DNA of 63,697 nucleotides, filler included, from Actinomycetota bacterium (GTDB lineage: Bacteria > Actinomycetota > Acidimicrobiia > IMCC26256 > VFJJ01): assembly GCA_009886115.1 (NCBI GenBank). It is 6 parts of 6 records of this genome, joined end to end, with 100 filler letters (N's around TTAATTAATTAA, not from the genome) between each part and the next. Parts side by side here need not be neighbours in the genome. Positions count along the whole stretch, not along the records: positions 55,153 to 61,707 come from VFJJ01000172.1; positions 61,808 to 63,697 come from VFJJ01000105.1; 4 more parts are not named here. One strand, given 5' to 3'. Shown piece after piece: positions 59,308-63,697 of the stretch. Below the pieces are notes generated by a model, which was not told the DNA's origin, did not search any database, and worked only from the letters and a program-made list of their open reading frames with translations. Position numbers and translations under genes: made by a program. Positions within the stretch are counted from its first letter, which is position 1, and each line of letters begins with the position of its first letter.

Positions 59308-60981
59308 TCACACTCCGATGCCTTCGCGGACCGCGATCAGCACCGACTCCCGGTCGAACAGCACGCGAAACTCGCCGCTCGCGATCAACGACTCGAGCAA
59401 CTCGAGCTCGGGGGTACCCAGCGAGGTCATGTCGAGGGCGAGGTACTCGATCGTGGCCGGGTCGCGTTGGTGCTCCCCGCTCACACCCCAGTTCAGCTCC
59501 CGCCACGGATTCGGAAACGTGTAGATCTCTGGCCGGTGGGTGAGATGCGGCACGTACTGATAGGTCGCGCTGACGGCGACGTCGTCGGGAACGAGGTCGA
59601 GACCGGCCTCGGCGAAGATCTGCCGCGGGTTGTGGGCCAAGGGCCAGATCCCCGACTCGTAGTCCTTGCTGAGGGCCGAGGTTCCCCGCAGACCGGTGTT
59701 GAGCATCGCGCAGCCGACGACCACGGCCACGAGGAACGGTGCGAACTGACGACGTCGACGAGCGAGCAGCCCGATGGTCTCGATCATGCCGATGGTCACG
59801 CCGACGAGCGGCATGGCCACATAGTGGTACTGGTCGTCGTAGATGAAGTCGTGGATCGCCAGGGTGTTCATGACCCCCTGAGGCACACCGAGCAGCACGG
59901 CCGGGGATCCGAACGAGAGGTAGCCGTAGGGCGAGGCGACGTCGGCGACATAGTGGCCGGCGTCGGAGTCCTGCCAGTGTTGCCAGACGAGCTCCGGATC
60001 GGTGAGCACGTTGGTTGCGATCTCGGTCGTCGAGTTGCCGAGATCGCCGTAGAGGTTCACGTAGAACGGCTCGCTGCCCTCGGCCCCGTCGAAGGCCGGG
60101 ATGACGAGCCTCGTGCTCACCGCGAACCAGACGACGGCCGCCCCGGCGACGGCCAGGCCACGCCGTCGATCCCCCCGGAGGGCCACGATCGCACCGAGCA
60201 CGAAGATGGCCAGCGCCAGGTCCTCCTTCCAGATGATCGTCGCGATCACCGAGATGGTGAACCATCGCCAGTTCTTCGTGACCGAGAAGTAGTAGGCGAA
60301 CATGAGCGGGAGCATGGCCATCACCTCGGGATGGAACAGCTCCCAGGTGACCCACTGGGTTGACGGATGGGCGAGGAAGGCCAGGGCCAGCGGAACGGCG
60401 AGCCAGGGGTTGCCCAGGCGGTGTCGGGCCAGCAGGTACAAGGGGATCGTGCACAAGCCCAGGCTGAGCGTCTGGATGTTGCTGAGGATGGTGGGAGTGG
60501 CGAGGCCCACCCACGACAGCGGGGCGAAGAGGTAGAGCGCCAGGTTGTTGTGGTGCCCGAAGACCGGCAGCCCCCGGACCGTCATGAAGTGGCGGCCTCG
60601 GGCGAGGAGCCAGACCGCCTGGTCGAGGAAGCCCATGTCGAAGTCGTAGGCCCCGAAGCGCCGGATGCGCAGCGCCACCAGGCGCCCGAAGTGCCAGACC
60701 CAGATGGCCACGGCCAGCACGAGCACCCGGCGAGCCCATCGGCTGTCGACGCCGTGCGCCGACGACCCGTCAAGTTCGTCTGGCGACGTACCCGACTCCG
60801 CTCCATGCGACGGGCTCGCGTCGGCGATGGCATCGGCGACCTCGGCCTCGACCTCGTCGGCATTGGCGTCGTCGGCACGGTCGTCAGCGCGCGGATCGGC
60901 TGGCACCTTCGCGAGCGACACGGTGGTGCCTCGGTCGTCGAGCGGCATTCCACCCCTGTCGTCCGTTTCGACCCCGTCCAC
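59308..60981 (-). CDS. DUF2079-like membrane protein (GT-C-type fold)
   Basis: YDFDMGFLDQAVW, FGHH, FHPE, KED and YHY motifs with multiple TM segments. Start uncertain. Confidence 0.82.
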   Translation of the reverse strand: MDGVETDDRGGMPLDDRGTTVSLAKVPADPRADDRADDANADEVEAEVADAIADASPSHGAESGTSPDELDGSSAHGVDSRWARRVLVLAVAIWVWHFGRLVALRIRRFGAYDFDMGFLDQAVWLLARGRHFMTVRGLPVFGHHNNLALYLFAPLSWVGLATPTILSNIQTLSLGLCTIPLYLLARHRLGNPWLAVPLALAFLAHPSTQWVTWELFHPEVMAMLPLMFAYYFSVTKNWRWFTISVIATIIWKEDLALAIFVLGAIVALRGDRRRGLAVAGAAVVWFAVSTRLVIPAFDGAEGSEPFYVNLYGDLGNSTTEIATNVLTDPELVWQHWQDSDAGHYVADVASPYGYLSFGSPAVLLGVPQGVMNTLAIHDFIYDDQYHYVAMPLVGVTIGMIETIGLLARRRRQFAPFLVAVVVGCAMLNTGLRGTSALSKDYESGIWPLAHNPRQIFAEAGLDLVPDDVAVSATYQYVPHLTHRPEIYTFPNPWRELNWGVSGEHQRDPATIEYLALDMTSLGTPELELLESLIASGEFRVLFDRESVLIAVREGIGV

Positions 60982-61161
60982 GAACCGAACATCGTACCGG
61001 CGATCGCACCCCGATCCGGCGCGCCGACGAGGTGGAGCCCCTCATTGCACCCTTGGGGCGTTTCTCCCCTTCAGCAACCTCGTCGCGATGTCGAGGTCTC
61101 GTTGGCTGGAGGACCGCGGCAGAGGCCGGCACGGTTTGAGGATGGACGGAGCCAGACGGTG

Positions 61162-61491
61162 ATGGACCCGAGCGTGTTCGCGTCGGTCGTGCTCGTACTG
61201 GGCGCGGGAGCCACGTTGGCGATCTTCCGACATGAGGCCGGTTCGGTCCCGAATTACGTGCCTGTCGGTCGCCTGACCTACATCGCCCTCGCCGCTGGGC
61301 TCCTCGTGTGGGATCCCGCGCTCGCCGTTCTCGTGGTGCTCGCCGGGACGCTCGGCCGCCTCCGCGACACGAGCTACGCCGACCGGTACCGCAGTCGGGC
61401 CAAGGCGCTCAGCGCCTACGACGCCCCCGATTCACCGGCCGAGCTCGGACGGGCGACCATCCGCCGTCTGCGCCGCCCCATCACCCGCTAA
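61162..61491 (+). CDS. small hypothetical membrane protein
   Basis: 109-aa hydrophobic ORF MDPSVFASVVLVLG... Confidence 0.6.
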   Translation: MDPSVFASVVLVLGAGATLAIFRHEAGSVPNYVPVGRLTYIALAAGLLVWDPALAVLVVLAGTLGRLRDTSYADRYRSRAKALSAYDAPDSPAELGRATIRRLRRPITR

Positions 61492-61494
61492 CAC

Positions 61495-61542
61495 CCCCCG
61501 ACGCAGCCGACCCCCCGACGCAGCCAAACCCCCGACGCAGCC
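61495..61542 (+). repeat. tandem repeat CCCCCGACGCAGCC x3
   Basis: Read directly; abuts palindrome A copy 2. Confidence 0.85.
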
Positions 61543-61591
61543 AAATTTGTGTAGAAAACGTCGCTGGGCGACGTTTTCTGCACAAATTTGG
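61541..61591. repeat. REP-like palindrome family A, copy 2
   Basis: CCAAATTTGTGTAGAAAACGTCGC-tgg-GCGACGTTTTCTGCACAAATTTGG, in reverse orientation to copy 1 and between convergent genes. Confidence 0.92.
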
Positions 61592-61594
61592 CGG

Positions 61595-61707
61595 TCAGGC
61601 GGTGGTCTTGGCGGCCGCCACGAACTGAGCCGGGTCGAAGGGCTCGTCCATGACCGTGGGCGCCGGCAGCGTCGACGCCTGCGGCAGGTTGGCGACGGTC
61701 TCGTCCG
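61595..61707 (-). CDS. 3' end of an unidentified gene (partial)
   Basis: Open frame ...DETVANLPQASTLPAPTVMDEPFDPAQFVAAAKTTA* runs from the linker. Confidence 0.5.
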
Positions 61708-61807
61708 NNNNNNNNNNNNNNNNNNNNNNNNNNNNNNNNNNNNNNNNNNNNTTAATTAATTAANNNNNNNNNNNNNNNNNNNNNNNNNNNNNNNNNNNNN
61801 NNNNNNN
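61708..61807. other. artificial scaffold linker
   Basis: N-TTAATTAATTAA-N. Confidence 0.99.
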
Positions 61808-61826
61808 CGCCGAGCCGGCCGAGCCC

Positions 61827-62393
61827 GTGGAGATCTGGTGGCGTGAGCGGCGGACCGGCACGATCGAGCACGCCACCTTCGACGCTTCGGCTCGTGCTTC
61901 GGCAGGCGTCGGGGCGGGCATCGTCTTGCGGGGCACGGTGCTTCCGCTCGACGAGCCGCTCGAGATCGACTACCGCGTCGAAACCGACGATCGCTGGCAC
62001 ACCCGTCACGTCACCATCACCGTCGTCGACACCGAGACCGGAGAACAGCGCCACGTCGAGCTCGACTCCGACGGCGCCGGCACGTGGACCATCCACGGTG
62101 AGCAACGCCCCGATCTCGTCGGCTGCGTCGATGTCGACCTGGCCTTCAGCCCGATCACCAACACCCTCCCGATCCGGCGGCTCCGACTGGCGATCGGGGA
62201 TTCCGCCGACGTGCATGCCGCATGGGTGCAGTGGCCGTCGCTCGAGGTGACCGCGTTGCCTCAGCGGTACCGGCGGACGGCACGCGATCGTTACCACTAC
62301 TCGTGCGCAAGCTTCAGAGCTGCTCTGGTGGTCGACGGGCACGGACTCGTCAACGACTATGAAGGCGGATGGGAGGTCGTCGAGCCGCGGTAG
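61827..62393 (+). CDS. putative glycolipid-binding domain protein (DUF1089-like)
   Basis: GCVDVDLAFSPITNTLPIRRL, QRY and VDGHGLVNDY motifs. Possibly 5'-incomplete. Confidence 0.85.
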   Translation: MEIWWRERRTGTIEHATFDASARASAGVGAGIVLRGTVLPLDEPLEIDYRVETDDRWHTRHVTITVVDTETGEQRHVELDSDGAGTWTIHGEQRPDLVGCVDVDLAFSPITNTLPIRRLRLAIGDSADVHAAWVQWPSLEVTALPQRYRRTARDRYHYSCASFRAALVVDGHGLVNDYEGGWEVVEPR

Positions 62394-62399
62394 TCGAAT

Positions 62400-63434
62400 T
62401 TGCGCAGCGCTCGCGATCGTGCCGACGATGCACCCGTGATCGCCAGCGCGGGAACGACGTCGGGTACGCCGACGGTGTCACGATCCCGTGCACGGCCCGC
62501 GTCGGCTGCGGGTGAACCGTTCGCCCGAACCCCCGAGCCCCGACCAGAGATCATCGAAGCCGCGGTTCCGGCTGGGATCCCGACACGAATGATGGTGTTG
62601 GGCGTCGCCGACGTGACGGGCGTGATCCATGCCGACGACCTGGCCCGGGTTGCCGGAGCATGCGGCGTATCACCCGAGCAGGTGCGATCGTGCGTTCGGC
62701 GGATCGTGACCGAGGGGCTCTACGACCGCGTCGGGTCGGGTCGCTCCGCTCGGTTCGAGCCCACAACCAAGGGTCTGGCCGTCCTCGCGAAGTGGTCGAG
62801 CCGGGCCCAGTGGGCCTGGGGTCTCGACTCGGCCGACCAAGGCTGGGATGGTCTGTGGCGCCTCGTCGGCTTCGCTGTTCCCGAGCGCCAACGGTCTCGC
62901 CGCGACTCGTTCAGGGCGGCACTGCTGCGCATGGGCGGAGCTGCCGTGCACGGTGGCCTCTACGTGTCGCCCCACCCGTGGCTCGACCGGGTCGGCACCC
63001 GGGCCGAGCGCATCGGGCTCGGCAACCAGATCACCCTGGTCACCGCGAACCGGCTGGTGGTCGGGCCGCACCACGAGCCTCGGGAGATCGTGGGGTCACT
63101 GTGGCCGATCGCCGAGCTGGGAGCGCGGTACCGAGGCTTCATCGCCGCGTGCACACCGGTCGTGTCGCGTCTGCGAGACGCCAACCGTCACGGACGACGG
63201 GTCACCGACGCCGAGGCCTTCGCCGGCGCGATGTCGCTGGCCGTCTCATTCACCGAGGTGTTCCTCGACGACCCGTTGCTGCCGCGTGAGCTCCTGCCCC
63301 ATCCCTGGCCCGGACAGGTTGCCCGGGCCCTGGTCGCCGAAGGCCAGCATCTCGCCGCCGCGCTGCGAGAGAGCGCCGGCGGACCGGCGCTCTTCCGCCT
63401 CTACGAGGACGTCATGACCGCGAAGCCGGCGTGA
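62400..63434 (+). CDS. PaaX-family transcriptional regulator
   Basis: WDGLWRLVGFAVPE..R..RD.FR, GLYVSPH and DPLLPRELLP..WPG motifs. The true start is probably downstream of 62400. Confidence 0.85.
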   Translation: MRSARDRADDAPVIASAGTTSGTPTVSRSRARPASAAGEPFARTPEPRPEIIEAAVPAGIPTRMMVLGVADVTGVIHADDLARVAGACGVSPEQVRSCVRRIVTEGLYDRVGSGRSARFEPTTKGLAVLAKWSSRAQWAWGLDSADQGWDGLWRLVGFAVPERQRSRRDSFRAALLRMGGAAVHGGLYVSPHPWLDRVGTRAERIGLGNQITLVTANRLVVGPHHEPREIVGSLWPIAELGARYRGFIAACTPVVSRLRDANRHGRRVTDAEAFAGAMSLAVSFTEVFLDDPLLPRELLPHPWPGQVARALVAEGQHLAAALRESAGGPALFRLYEDVMTAKPA

Positions 63435-63697
63435 GCGACGAGCACACCGCGTCGGCTCCCGGGGACGAGTTCTGGTCGCTGCGACCTCGTCCTCGTCCCA
63501 CACCGTTCACCGAGCCGTTCTGGCAGGCCACATCGGAGGGACGGCTCGTCGTACAGCGCTGCGGGGCATGCCGCAACTGGAGATGGCCCCCGCAGCTCGC
63601 CTGTCCCGAATGCCTCTCGGAGGTCGGCGACTGGGTCGACACCGCGGGGACGGGAACCGTCTACAGCTACTCGGTCGTGCATCGCGGGGTCGACCGG
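63431..63697 (+). CDS. Zn-ribbon + OB-fold (DUF35) protein, partial
   Basis: PFW....EGRLVVQRCGAC...PP...CPEC...GTVYSYSVVH, running off the window end. Confidence 0.88.
   Translation, partial: MSDEHTASAPGDEFWSLRPRPRPTPFTEPFWQATSEGRLVVQRCGACRNWRWPPQLACPECLSEVGDWVDTAGTGTVYSYSVVHRGVDR

Overview
This is GC-rich bacterial DNA. The gene content points to an actinobacterium, probably Acidimicrobiia (inference). It is not one locus: five 100-nt N-TTAATTAATTAA-N scaffold linkers split it into six contig pieces (1-6439, 6540-27600, 27701-37537, 37638-55052, 55153-61707, 61808-63697), so adjacency across linkers means nothing. Most genes are metabolic: prephenate dehydratase, a divergent AhcY-like protein, five LLM/F420-type oxidoreductase genes (one partial), acyl-CoA dehydrogenase, two enoyl-CoA hydratases, a fused CoA-transferase, a FadD3-like ligase, amidohydrolase, SOD, BVMO, SDRs, a polar amino acid ABC transporter, epoxide hydrolase, MFS, ferredoxin and a PaaX-like regulator. 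There is also a large Ter stress-response cluster with DUF4177 proteins and a PMCA-type P-ATPase, an XRE/nucleotidyltransferase pair and several gene remnants. The most striking signal is a repeated cassette on two different contigs. In each, an AbiEi-N/DUF559 (Vsr-like) nuclease-family gene is bracketed by two direct copies of its own 42-44-bp palindrome and preceded by the same conserved, apparently leaderless, PafBC-like promoter motif. One of those palindromes also follows a LexA-box-preceded DUF222-HNH gene, and a third palindrome family occurs as solo intergenic copies. This suggests a REP/REPtron-like system that uses DUF559 proteins instead of RAYT; its mobility is inferred, not shown. 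No rRNA, tRNA or CRISPR array was recognised. All product calls come from motif recognition by eye, not database searches.
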